From contig OY781089.1 of assembly GCA_963676565.1 (NCBI GenBank), positions 3,104,001 through 3,168,000 on the forward strand: a DNA stretch of 64,000 bases. The letters are read 5' to 3'. The DNA is from Halarcobacter sp. (lineage in GTDB: Bacteria > Campylobacterota > Campylobacteria > Campylobacterales > Arcobacteraceae). Below are positions 38,500 to 48,495 of the stretch, in pieces. A program made the position numbers and the translations under genes. A model generated the notes under the pieces. The model was not told the origin of the DNA, did no database searches, and saw nothing but the letters and a program-made list of their open reading frames with translations. Within the stretch, counting starts at the first letter, position 1, and every line of letters starts with the position of its first letter.

Positions 38500-38711
38500 A
38501 ATCTCTCCCTTATGTGAAATTATACTTTAAGAATAAAATAATGTCAATTTATATTTTTATATTATATATAGATTATTAAATATATTATATACCTATATTA
38601 AGAGATATAAAATATTATTATATTGATAAAAAATATAAATTTTTTCTACTATATTAATTTTTATACATTCAAAGTATATAAAAGTTATATTATATGGTAT
38701 AATTCTATATT

Positions 38712-39539
38712 ATGAATTTTATATTAAAATGTATTACATTTTTTATTCTACTTACAAATGTTCTTTTTGCTGTTTCATGGGATACCTGTATAGAAAAATA
38801 CTCTAAGGCAAAAAAATTTAGTGATAACACTAGATTAATGTATATCTATTTAAAATCAACAAAAAATTGCTTATTAAAATTCAAAGACTCTTTAAAAGAG
38901 AATCCTAAAAGTGAATTTACACTTGAAGCGATGGATGATAATATCAAAAAAATCAATGGCTATATGGAAGAACTAATTCCTAATTATATCTATCCCAATT
39001 CAAATCTAGAGCAAATTCCTAAATATATTTATACTCAACAATCTATTCCTAAATTTAACACAGATTATATGCATTTTGTAAAATTTAAAAAATGTAATGG
39101 AATACATGCAAAAGATAAAATATACACTGCAAAACATTGTAATATAGAAAATTCAATGCATATAAAAGATGACTTAAGTTACATAAAAACTAACACAATC
39201 TCTAAACTTGAAACTAATAAACTAGATTTAAATAAATCTGGCACATTCAAATACTATTCTATGTCAAAAGAGGGTATGTTTTACAATGTGTTAATCAAAG
39301 AAAGTGATTGTAAATTTTATGAAGAGAAAGTTGGTATTAGTGCCCTAACCCAATCACTAGATTTAGCTGATTTAAATAAAAAAACTGAGATTAGAAGTAA
39401 TTGTTTAGCAATACCTTCTAATAGCGGTGGTGGTGTATTCCAAGATAATAAACTTGTAGGAATTATTTCAAAAACAGTATTTAAAAATGATATCTTTTTA
39501 TATAGTGTTATTGAACCAATTCATACAGTTTATAAATAA
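38712..39539 (+). CDS. Secreted protein with divergent trypsin-like serine protease domain
   Basis: Signal peptide; YTAKHC (His), DDLSYI (Asp), PSNSGGGVF (Ser), LVGIIS. Confidence 0.65.
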   Translation: MNFILKCITFFILLTNVLFAVSWDTCIEKYSKAKKFSDNTRLMYIYLKSTKNCLLKFKDSLKENPKSEFTLEAMDDNIKKINGYMEELIPNYIYPNSNLEQIPKYIYTQQSIPKFNTDYMHFVKFKKCNGIHAKDKIYTAKHCNIENSMHIKDDLSYIKTNTISKLETNKLDLNKSGTFKYYSMSKEGMFYNVLIKESDCKFYEEKVGISALTQSLDLADLNKKTEIRSNCLAIPSNSGGGVFQDNKLVGIISKTVFKNDIFLYSVIEPIHTVYK

Positions 39540-39591
39540 ATTTTAGTGACTATTTTAAAATCTCTAAGATCTTTTTCTCTCCTTTTTGATT

Positions 39592-41229
39592 TTAATTCCA
39601 TGTTTTAATTGTATCTAATAAACCTTTACTTGAAGAATCAAGTAAACTAGTATCTTTTGAATCATCTTGAATATATGAAACCATTTTTGTAGCAAGCTCT
39701 TTTCCAAGTTCTACTCCCCATTGGTCAAAAGAACCTACATCCCAAATTGCTCCCTCTACAAAAACTCTATGCTCATAAAGGGCGATAATTTTACCCAAGG
39801 TTTTAGGGTCTAGTCTTTTATAAATCAATGTAGAAGATGGTCTATTTCCTTCAAAAACTTTATGAGGAGCCAATTCTTCAATTTTTTCTTCACATAGTCC
39901 CGAATCTTTTAAAATAGTTCTAACCTCATCTATATCTCTTCCATTCATCATAGCTTGACTTTGAGCTAAGCAATTTGCCATTAGCAAATCATTATGGATA
40001 TCCATTTCTTTTTCATGATTGTTTACTGCAAGCATAAATTCACAGGGAATAATATCTTTACCTTGATGTAAAAGCTGAAAAAATGAGTGTTGTGAATTTG
40101 TTCCTGGTTCACCCCAAACAATTGGTCCAGATTTTATTTTTAACTCTTCACCACTTAGAGTAACTCTTTTCCCATTACTCTCCATATCAAGCTGCTGAAC
40201 ATACATAGCAAAAGATCTTAATCTTTGATCATATGGTAAAATTGCCCTTGTATCATAATCACAGATATTTCTATGCCAAATACCAATCAGTCCTAAAAGC
40301 ATTGGCATATTATTTTCTATTGATGCTGTTTTAAAATGCTCATCCATAATAAATGCACCCTCTAAAAAATCATCAAAACTATCTGCACCAATTGCAATCA
40401 TAACACTTAAACCAATAGCAGACCAAATTGAATATCTTCCTCCAACCCAATCCCAAAATCCAAATACTCTATCATCACTTATTCCAAACTCTTTTGTTTT
40501 TTCTAGTGCAGTTGACAATGCAGCAAAGTGTAAATTTGCTTCTTTTTCACCTAAATTTTCTTGAAGCCATTTTTTTGCTGATTTTGCATTTGTCATAGTT
40601 TCAATAGTTGTAAATGTTTTAGAAGCAACAATAACAAGTGTTGTTGTAGGATTTAAATCTTTTATAGTATCACTTAAATGTGATGAATCGATATTTGAAA
40701 CAAAATGAACCTTTGGACCATCACAATATGGAGTTAAAGCTTGAGAAACCATTTCTGGCCCTAAATGAGAACCACCAATTCCAATATTAATTACATCGGT
40801 AAATTTTTCATTTGATGATGATAGAATTTTCCCTTCTCTTATAGAAGTTGCAAACTCTTTCATATTTTGTAAAACCTCTTTTATATCAGGTATTACATCT
40901 TTTCCATCTACAAAAATTTGATTATCAGATTTGTTTCTAAGTGCAGTATGTAAAACGGCTCTATCTTCAGTGATATTTATTTTTTCACCACTAAACATAG
41001 CATCTCTTTTTTCTTCTACATTACACTCTTTTGCAACTTCAATAAGTTTTGAGATAGCATCCTTGTTAATATTAATTTTTGAATAATCTAAAATCATATT
41101 TTCCAATGAAATAGAAAACTCTTCAAATCTTTTTGGATCTTTTTTAAATAATCCCTTTAAAGTAATTTTTTCTAATTCATTTTTAATCGATTTTAACTCA
41201 GCAAATAAATCCTCTCTTCTCCCCATCAT
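39592..41229 (-). CDS. pgi: Glucose-6-phosphate isomerase
   Basis: GIGGS, SKTFTT, DWVGGRYS, QLDMESNGK, DQWGVELGK. Confidence 0.97.
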   Translation of the reverse strand: MMGRREDLFAELKSIKNELEKITLKGLFKKDPKRFEEFSISLENMILDYSKININKDAISKLIEVAKECNVEEKRDAMFSGEKINITEDRAVLHTALRNKSDNQIFVDGKDVIPDIKEVLQNMKEFATSIREGKILSSSNEKFTDVINIGIGGSHLGPEMVSQALTPYCDGPKVHFVSNIDSSHLSDTIKDLNPTTTLVIVASKTFTTIETMTNAKSAKKWLQENLGEKEANLHFAALSTALEKTKEFGISDDRVFGFWDWVGGRYSIWSAIGLSVMIAIGADSFDDFLEGAFIMDEHFKTASIENNMPMLLGLIGIWHRNICDYDTRAILPYDQRLRSFAMYVQQLDMESNGKRVTLSGEELKIKSGPIVWGEPGTNSQHSFFQLLHQGKDIIPCEFMLAVNNHEKEMDIHNDLLMANCLAQSQAMMNGRDIDEVRTILKDSGLCEEKIEELAPHKVFEGNRPSSTLIYKRLDPKTLGKIIALYEHRVFVEGAIWDVGSFDQWGVELGKELATKMVSYIQDDSKDTSLLDSSSKGLLDTIKTWN

Positions 41230-41238
41230 TACACCCTT

Positions 41239-41862
41239 TTAGTCTATTGAATCTAATGCTTCAATACATAGTTTTGTTATTTTATCAAAATCATTATTAG
41301 TTATTGCATCTTTTGGAACAAACCATGTTCCACCAACACACATAACATTTTTTAAAGTTAAGAATTCATTTAAATTTTCTAATTTTACTCCACCTGTTGG
41401 ACAAAAATTCATTTTTGAAAATGGACCACTAAAAGCTTTTAGAATATCTACTCCACCTGCAATTGTTGCAGGGAAAAGTTTACAATAAAAGATTCCATTA
41501 TTTTGGGCAAGCATAACTTCACTCGCAGTCGCAACTCCTGGGATTAAAGTAATCTCATGTTTTTTTGCAGCATCTATTAACTCTTGTGAAATTCCAGGGG
41601 AAAAAGCAAACTTTGCTCCGGCTTTTTTTGAAGCAATAATATCATCTTCGTTACAAACTGTTCCTGTCCCTACATTCATAGAAGGCATCTCTTTACTAAT
41701 AATCTCAACCGCTTTTAATCCAGCAGATGTTCTAAGTGTAATCTCCATCACATTTACACCCCCTGCACTTAAAGCACGTGCAAGTGGTAATGCATCTTTC
41801 TCATCATCTATAGCAATTACTGGAACTATTGGGGAAATACCCATTATATCTTTTGCTTCCAT
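41239..41862 (-). CDS. eda: KDPG aldolase
   Basis: EITLRT, KLFPA, FCPTGGV. Confidence 0.96.
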   Translation of the reverse strand: MEAKDIMGISPIVPVIAIDDEKDALPLARALSAGGVNVMEITLRTSAGLKAVEIISKEMPSMNVGTGTVCNEDDIIASKKAGAKFAFSPGISQELIDAAKKHEITLIPGVATASEVMLAQNNGIFYCKLFPATIAGGVDILKAFSGPFSKMNFCPTGGVKLENLNEFLTLKNVMCVGGTWFVPKDAITNNDFDKITKLCIEALDSID

Positions 41863-43682
41863 TAGGCTCTCTCCTCTCCAACTAAATCAAAAATAGTAGC
41901 ACCCTCTTCTGCACTACCAACATTTGCTCTAATAGTAGAAAATAATTCTCTACCAAAACCATGAACATTTGAACTAGTATCTGGTAGTTCAATTTCTCTA
42001 TTTTCAAGCTCAATTGTATCAACAATTACACTTACTTCACCATTTTCAACATCAAATTTAATTAAATCCCCTGTTTTAATTTTAGCAATAACTCCTCCGT
42101 CACTAGCTTCTGGTGTTAGATGAATAGCTGAAGGCACTTTTCCTGAAGCCCCTGACATTCTTCCATCTGTTAAAATTGCAACTTTAAAACCTCTATCTTG
42201 TAAACTTCCAAGTGGTGGCATAAGACCATGAAGTTCAGGCATACCATTTGATTTTGGACCTTGATAACGTACTACTGCTATAAAATCTTTTTCAAGTTCT
42301 CCTGCTTTAAAGGCAGTTTGAAGTTCATCTTGAGAATTAAAGACAATTGCAGGAGCTTCTATTATCATATGCTCATTTTTTAACGCAGATGTTTTTATAA
42401 CACTTCTTCCAACATTCCCTTTTAGAAGTTTGATTCCACCCTCACTAAAAAATGGTTTTTGTACAGTTGAAATTATGTTTTCATCCCTAGAAACTTTTGC
42501 TCCTTTTTCAAAGACAACTTCATCTTTATCTAGTTTTGGTTCAACTACAAAGTTTTCTAAACCAAAGCCAACTACTGTTTTAACATCTTTATGAACAAGT
42601 CCTGCATCAATAAGTTGGGAGATAACTACAGACATTCCACCTGCATCCCTAAAATGATTTACATCAGCACTTCCATTTGGATACATTTTACATAAAAGAG
42701 GGATTACTTTAGAAAGCTCATCAAAATCATCCCATGTTAAAACAATACCAGCAGCCTTTGCCATAGCAATTAAGTGTATGGTATGATTTGAAGAACCTCC
42801 TGTTGCCATAAGTCCTATAATTGCATTTACAAAAGATTTTTCATCTATCATTTCCCCAATAGTTTTACCCTCTTTTTTCAACTTAATTAGAGTTTGTGCA
42901 GCTTTTCTAGTAAGGGCATCACGAAGTGGTGTATTTGTATTTACAAAAGAGGAGTTTGGAAGTTGTAATCCCATCATCTCCAAAAGCATCTGATTTGAGT
43001 TTGCAGTTCCATAAAACGTACAAGTACCACTACTATGGTATGATTTAGATTCAACTTCAAGTAAAGCTTTTTCATCAACTTTTCCTTGAGCGAACTCTTG
43101 TCTTACCTTTGCTTTTTGAGAATTTGAAATCCCCGATGGCATTGGTCCTGCTGGAACAAATATTGAAGGTAAATGACCAAATTGTAATGCTCCAATTAAT
43201 AATCCTGGAACAATCTTGTCACAAACTCCCAAATAAAAGGCTCCATCATAAACATTATGACTCATCCCAATAGCTGTTCCCATTGCAATATTATCCCTAG
43301 AAAAAAGAGACAATTCCATTCCAGGTTGTGATTGAGTAACCCCATCACACATAGCTGGAACCCCACCTGCTACTTGTGCAGTCGCACCATTATTAAATAG
43401 TTCTCTTTTTAAAAGAGCTGGATAAACTGAATATGGTTCATGGGCTGAAAGCATATCATTATATGCGGTAATAATTGCCATGTTTGGTGCAGTTTCACCA
43501 GTCATAACATTTTTCTCTTCACTATTCATAGGTGCTATTGCATGGGCAAAATTGCTACAACCTAAAGTTTTTCTATTAACTGTTTGTTTTTTTGCTTTTT
43601 TTACTCTGTCTAAATAGATTTCTCTACTTTTTTTTGAACGATCTATTATTTTCTGTGTTACATTTTTTACTATTTCATTCAT
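41862..43682 (-). CDS. edd: Phosphogluconate dehydratase
   Basis: YNDMLSAH, AMCDGVTQ, CDKIVPG, GTCTFYGTAN, TDGRMSGASG. Confidence 0.97.
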   Translation of the reverse strand: MNEIVKNVTQKIIDRSKKSREIYLDRVKKAKKQTVNRKTLGCSNFAHAIAPMNSEEKNVMTGETAPNMAIITAYNDMLSAHEPYSVYPALLKRELFNNGATAQVAGGVPAMCDGVTQSQPGMELSLFSRDNIAMGTAIGMSHNVYDGAFYLGVCDKIVPGLLIGALQFGHLPSIFVPAGPMPSGISNSQKAKVRQEFAQGKVDEKALLEVESKSYHSSGTCTFYGTANSNQMLLEMMGLQLPNSSFVNTNTPLRDALTRKAAQTLIKLKKEGKTIGEMIDEKSFVNAIIGLMATGGSSNHTIHLIAMAKAAGIVLTWDDFDELSKVIPLLCKMYPNGSADVNHFRDAGGMSVVISQLIDAGLVHKDVKTVVGFGLENFVVEPKLDKDEVVFEKGAKVSRDENIISTVQKPFFSEGGIKLLKGNVGRSVIKTSALKNEHMIIEAPAIVFNSQDELQTAFKAGELEKDFIAVVRYQGPKSNGMPELHGLMPPLGSLQDRGFKVAILTDGRMSGASGKVPSAIHLTPEASDGGVIAKIKTGDLIKFDVENGEVSVIVDTIELENREIELPDTSSNVHGFGRELFSTIRANVGSAEEGATIFDLVGEERA

Positions 43683-44368
43683 GCGTGATAAACCTCTATT
43701 AATCTTTCATTGTTTAACACAGCACTTATTGGAGTTTTAAAAATATCCTTTGAGTTTAAGGCTTCTTCATATACTTTAAGTTTTTCTTCCCCTTCAATAT
43801 GAAGAATGATATTTTTAGCACTTAAAATTGCACCTAGGGTTAAACTCATCCTATCGTATGGTGCAGTATCTGGTTTTATAGAAATACATAGATTTTCATT
43901 TTTTAAATCATATGCTTCTTTTAATTTTTTATTATTAGGAAAAAGTGATGCTGTGTGTGAGTCACCTCCCATACCTAAAATAATAACATCAAAAGGGAAT
44001 ACACTATCTTCATAAGTTAATGAACAATCTTCATCACTCTCATATGCATTCTTCCCTTCAATGAACATTCCTACAAATTTAGCCTTTGAAGCAAAATTTT
44101 GCATTAAATTTTCTTTTACAAGTAATTCATTACTATCTTTATGTGTTGGTTCTACCCATCTATCATCAACAAGTGAAATTGTTACTTTCTCCCAAGGAAT
44201 ATCTATATTTGAAAGTTTTTGAAAAAGTGGTTTTGGTGTAGAACCACCTGAAACTAGTAAACTAGCCTTCCCTTTCTCTTCAATTTCATCTTGTAAAAGC
44301 TCAACTATATTTGAGCTTAGTTCTTCTAAAAGTTCCTCTTTTTTATCAAATTTTCTTAAATTAGTCAT
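43679..44368 (-). CDS. pgl: 6-phosphogluconolactonase
   Basis: SGGSTP, DDRWV, GMGGDSHTASLFP; start at ATG 44368 overlapping the zwf stop. Confidence 0.94.
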   Translation of the reverse strand: MTNLRKFDKKEELLEELSSNIVELLQDEIEEKGKASLLVSGGSTPKPLFQKLSNIDIPWEKVTISLVDDRWVEPTHKDSNELLVKENLMQNFASKAKFVGMFIEGKNAYESDEDCSLTYEDSVFPFDVIILGMGGDSHTASLFPNNKKLKEAYDLKNENLCISIKPDTAPYDRMSLTLGAILSAKNIILHIEGEEKLKVYEEALNSKDIFKTPISAVLNNERLIEVYHA

Positions 44369-45824
44369 CGTTCCAACTTCTTCCATCTTGAGCAATCATT
44401 TGAACTGCAGCTGTGGGACCATCAGTTCCTGCTGTATATTTTTTCATTGGAACTAAGTTTTGTTCCCAACCTTCTAAAATAGGGTCAGCCCATTTCCATG
44501 CAGCTTCAACTTCATCAAGTCTCATAAATAGTGTTGCATTTGCTCTAATTACATCTAAGATAAGTCTTTCATAGGCATCTGATTTTCTTTTATGAGTATG
44601 GGGTGCATTAAGTTCAAGATTTACTTCTTGTAATTGCATAGTTTCACTAAGACCTGGAATTTTATTCATAAGTCTTAATTCAATTGATTCTTCTGGTTGA
44701 AGCTTTATTACAAGTTTATTATCAACAAGTGGAGAATGATTGTTTTTTTCAAAAATTGAGTGGGGCATAGTTTTAAACTGTATTACAACCTCAGAATTTC
44801 TTTTTTGCATCCTTTTTCCACTTCTTATATAAAAGGGAACTCCATTCCATCTCCAATTATCTATATCAACTCTTACAGCAGCATAGGTTTCTGTATTACT
44901 CTCTTTTATATCTCCATCTAAATATCCAGGAACTGATTCTCCCATAGATGAACCAGCAGTATATTGAGCTCTTACAGTTTTTGTAGCTATCTCATGGGGA
45001 GAGATTGGCCTTAGTGTTTTTAAAACTTTAACTTTTTCATCTCTGATATCATTTGCATCAAGTGAACAGGGTGGTTCCATTCCAATTAGACATAATAATT
45101 GTAATAAATGGTTTTGAATCATATCTCTCATAGCACCATACTCATCATAATAACCCCATCTTCCCTCAGCTCCAACACTTTCAGCAACTGTAATTTGAAC
45201 ATGGTCAATATGGTTTGAACTCCAAAGATGAACAAATAATCTATTTGAAAATCTAAGAGCCATAATATTTTGAACTGTATCTTTACCTAAATAATGGTCA
45301 ATCCTATAGATTTGATTCTCTTCAAAATATTTTAAAACTGTTTTATTAATTGCCTGAGATGATTCCAAGTCTCTTCCAAGTGGTTTTTCTAAAACTACCC
45401 TTGAGTTTTCAGTAATCAAGTTATTGTGAGATAAAAATTTACAAATTCCACCAAAATAGTTTGGTGAAGTAGACAAATAGTTTACCCTATCTCGGTCAGG
45501 AAATTCATCAAGTATCTCTTTTAATTTGTCATACCCCTCATTGGTACAAAAATCAATAGTTACTATCTGTAACTTTTTTTTGAATCTATCAAAATCCTCT
45601 TCAGTAAAACTTTTCTTTGGTAAAAATTCAATCAGTTTTTCTTTTACTAATTCAATATGTTGAAAATTGTTCATATCTCTTCTAGAAACAGTAATAACTC
45701 TACTATCACTAGCTAGATACTCATCTTTACATAAATGAAAAAGGGCAGGCATTAGCTTTCTAAAAGCTAAATCACCATGCCCTCCAAATAAAATAAAATC
45801 GCATAAGTTGTCTTTAGTGTTCAT
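44361..45824 (-). CDS. zwf: Glucose-6-phosphate dehydrogenase
   Basis: GDLAFRKL, EKP, RIDHYLGK, DMIQNH. Confidence 0.97.
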   Translation of the reverse strand: MNTKDNLCDFILFGGHGDLAFRKLMPALFHLCKDEYLASDSRVITVSRRDMNNFQHIELVKEKLIEFLPKKSFTEEDFDRFKKKLQIVTIDFCTNEGYDKLKEILDEFPDRDRVNYLSTSPNYFGGICKFLSHNNLITENSRVVLEKPLGRDLESSQAINKTVLKYFEENQIYRIDHYLGKDTVQNIMALRFSNRLFVHLWSSNHIDHVQITVAESVGAEGRWGYYDEYGAMRDMIQNHLLQLLCLIGMEPPCSLDANDIRDEKVKVLKTLRPISPHEIATKTVRAQYTAGSSMGESVPGYLDGDIKESNTETYAAVRVDIDNWRWNGVPFYIRSGKRMQKRNSEVVIQFKTMPHSIFEKNNHSPLVDNKLVIKLQPEESIELRLMNKIPGLSETMQLQEVNLELNAPHTHKRKSDAYERLILDVIRANATLFMRLDEVEAAWKWADPILEGWEQNLVPMKKYTAGTDGPTAAVQMIAQDGRSWNDD

Positions 45825-45881
45825 TGTATACTTCTTTATGTTTTTTGTATATTATACTTTATAAGTATTACAATTAGATTA

Positions 45882-46736
45882 TTATTTTTTCTGTTTTTTA
45901 TCCAATTCATAAAAATAATTAGTAGCTTCCACAAAACCTTCTACAGAACCACAATCAAATCTTCTTCCTTTGAATTTATAAGCTAATACCATACCTTTTT
46001 TTGCTTGTTCACATAAAGAATCTGTTATTTGCAATTCTCCATTTTTACCTGGTTTTGTATTCTCTATTATTTCAAAGATTTCTGGAGTTAAGATATATCT
46101 TCCTATTACAGCTAAATTAGATGGTGCTTTATCATTATCTGGTTTTTCTACCATATTTGATACCATATATACTCCATCTTCCATTGGTTTACCTTCTATT
46201 ACACCATATTTATGTACTTGATCTTTTGGTACTTCCATACAAGCTACGATACAACATTTATATTTATTATACAAATCTACCATTTGTTTTAAAATTCCAT
46301 CACCTTTTTCATTTACACAAAGGTCATCTGCTAATACTACTGAGAATGGATTATTATCACCTACTAGAACTTTACCTTTATATATTGCATCACCTAAACC
46401 TTTCATTTCATTTTGTCTAGTATAGGTAAAGGTACAAGTCTCTATAATTTTTCTAATATCTTTTAGAAGATCTTCTTTAGAAGATCCTTTTATTTGATGT
46501 TCAAGTTCATAGGAAATATCAAAGTGATCTGTGATAGCTCTTTTACCTCGTCCTGTAATTGTTGCCATTACAGTACATCCTGCTTCCATCGCTTCTTCTA
46601 CACCATATTGGATTAATGGTTTTGTTAATATTGGCAACATCTCTTTTGGCATCGCTTTTGTTGCTGGCAAAAATCTTGTCCCATATCCTGCTGCTGGAAA
46701 CAGGCATTTTGTAATTTCGTTTGCTTTTTTAGTCAT
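45882..46736 (-). CDS. galU: UTP-glucose-1-phosphate uridylyltransferase
   Basis: PAAGYGTRFLPATKAMPKEML, VEKP, GELQITD. Confidence 0.96.
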   Translation of the reverse strand: MTKKANEITKCLFPAAGYGTRFLPATKAMPKEMLPILTKPLIQYGVEEAMEAGCTVMATITGRGKRAITDHFDISYELEHQIKGSSKEDLLKDIRKIIETCTFTYTRQNEMKGLGDAIYKGKVLVGDNNPFSVVLADDLCVNEKGDGILKQMVDLYNKYKCCIVACMEVPKDQVHKYGVIEGKPMEDGVYMVSNMVEKPDNDKAPSNLAVIGRYILTPEIFEIIENTKPGKNGELQITDSLCEQAKKGMVLAYKFKGRRFDCGSVEGFVEATNYFYELDKKQKK

Positions 46737-46755
46737 ATTTTCTTTTCCCTTTTAT

Positions 46756-48495
46756 TTAAATTTCACCCTTAAGCCACATCATTTGATATGGTTCAAGTGT
46801 TATTTCACGTCTAGATTTACAATCATCACATTCATATTGGTTACAATTTGCTGATAAAATATCACACAATGGTGAAGTTATATTTTCAGGAACGGCAACA
46901 GTCACCTCTTCATTTGAAAAGTTGTGAATTGCTAATATTCTTTCTTTGTTATCCCTAGATATTTGATCAACAACAAATAATCTTTCATCTAAATCTAAAA
47001 ATTCAAAATCTCCAAAAGGGTTAAATGATTTTTCATTAATTCTTATTGATATTAATCTCTTATAAGAATCAAGCATCTTTTTTGCTAATGAACCTTGTGT
47101 AGAAAGTTCCTTTTCAAGCCAATCAAAGTTATACTTTTCTCTATTTATAGTTCTATTACTACCAGAGTGTTTTACTCCATCATGGTAGTTTCTTGAACCA
47201 ACCAAAGAATGAAAATATACCCCAGGAACGCCTGGCATAACTAATACAGTTGCTTGGGCTAAAAGCATTCTTTTAAATCTTATTTGATCCTCTTCATCTG
47301 GATGAGTTAAAGCATCAATATATGAACAATTTAACTCATAAGGTGTTTGAGAACCATCTGATTCTGCTCTATATGAAACTAAACCACCATGCTCTTTTAC
47401 CTTATCAACCATTGCATAAAGTTCTTCATCACTTAAAATACCTTTAATAGGCCTCATACCTATACCATCATGGCTTGCTGTAAAGTTAAAGAAGCAAACC
47501 TTATCAGTAGGTAAAGTTAAGGTTTTTGCCCATGAGGTTAAAGTTTTTGTATTTTCATTTTGAATAGAATGAACTAAAAGTGGAGGTAAAGCAAAATTGT
47601 AAACCATTTGAGCTTCATCATCACCACTTCCAAAATATGATACATTTTCATGGTGAGGAACATTTGTTTCAGTAATAATAATCACTTCAGGTGCAACTTC
47701 ATGAAGAACCTCTCTGATTAATTGGATTAACTCATGGGTTTGTGGTAAATGAACACATTGGGTTCCAATCTCTTTCCATACAAAGGCAATAGCATCAAGT
47801 CTAATTAAAGTTGCTCCTTTTTCAATATAATAAAAAAGTGCATCAAGAACATTTCTTAACACTCTATGATTTTTATAGTTTAAATCAACTTGGTCTTTAC
47901 TAAAGGTAGTCCAAACATGTCTTAATTTACCATCATCGTCAATAAATTCACTTAAAAGTGGAGTTGCTCTAGGTCTGACAACTTCGCTTAAGTCAATTGA
48001 TGGGTCGACCTCAATAAAGAAATCTTGAAAATATCTATCACCAGAAAGAAAAGCTTTAAACCAATCTGAAAATTGAGAAATATGGTTAATTACTCCATCA
48101 ACCATAACTCTATAATCAGCACCTAACTGTTCAATTTCTCTCCATGATCCCATATGTGGATCTACTTCATTATAATTTACAACAGAAAAACCATCATCAC
48201 TAGAATATGGATAAAAAGGCAAAATATGAACAGAATTTACAAAACCTTTTAGATGATTATCCATAAACTCTTTTAAGGTTTGTAAAGAGGGCTCACACTC
48301 TCTGTTTACTTGATCACCATAGGTAATTAAAATAATATCTTTTTCACTTAGATGGTATTCATGGGATTTTATTCTTGATTTATATTTAAAAACTAAATCA
48401 ATAATACTATGAACTGCTTTTTCGGCTATCTCTTCAGGATAAAGTCTATGAATCCTTTTATTTATTATATGATTTGGGTCGGAGATATGTTTCAT
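46756..48495 (-). CDS. GH13_18 phosphorylase, probably glucosylglycerate phosphorylase
   Basis: RLDA nucleophile, ITETNVPH acid/base, ASHDGIG, YELN; the TETN and YE(L/I)N signatures distinguish GG phosphorylase from sucrose phosphorylase. Confidence 0.82.
   Translation of the reverse strand: MKHISDPNHIINKRIHRLYPEEIAEKAVHSIIDLVFKYKSRIKSHEYHLSEKDIILITYGDQVNRECEPSLQTLKEFMDNHLKGFVNSVHILPFYPYSSDDGFSVVNYNEVDPHMGSWREIEQLGADYRVMVDGVINHISQFSDWFKAFLSGDRYFQDFFIEVDPSIDLSEVVRPRATPLLSEFIDDDGKLRHVWTTFSKDQVDLNYKNHRVLRNVLDALFYYIEKGATLIRLDAIAFVWKEIGTQCVHLPQTHELIQLIREVLHEVAPEVIIITETNVPHHENVSYFGSGDDEAQMVYNFALPPLLVHSIQNENTKTLTSWAKTLTLPTDKVCFFNFTASHDGIGMRPIKGILSDEELYAMVDKVKEHGGLVSYRAESDGSQTPYELNCSYIDALTHPDEEDQIRFKRMLLAQATVLVMPGVPGVYFHSLVGSRNYHDGVKHSGSNRTINREKYNFDWLEKELSTQGSLAKKMLDSYKRLISIRINEKSFNPFGDFEFLDLDERLFVVDQISRDNKERILAIHNFSNEEVTVAVPENITSPLCDILSANCNQYECDDCKSRREITLEPYQMMWLKGEI

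Noticed and set aside
46756..48495. Sucrose phosphorylase call
   Set aside because: TETN and YELN signatures plus gpgS/gpgP/glycerate kinase context favour glucosylglycerate phosphorylase
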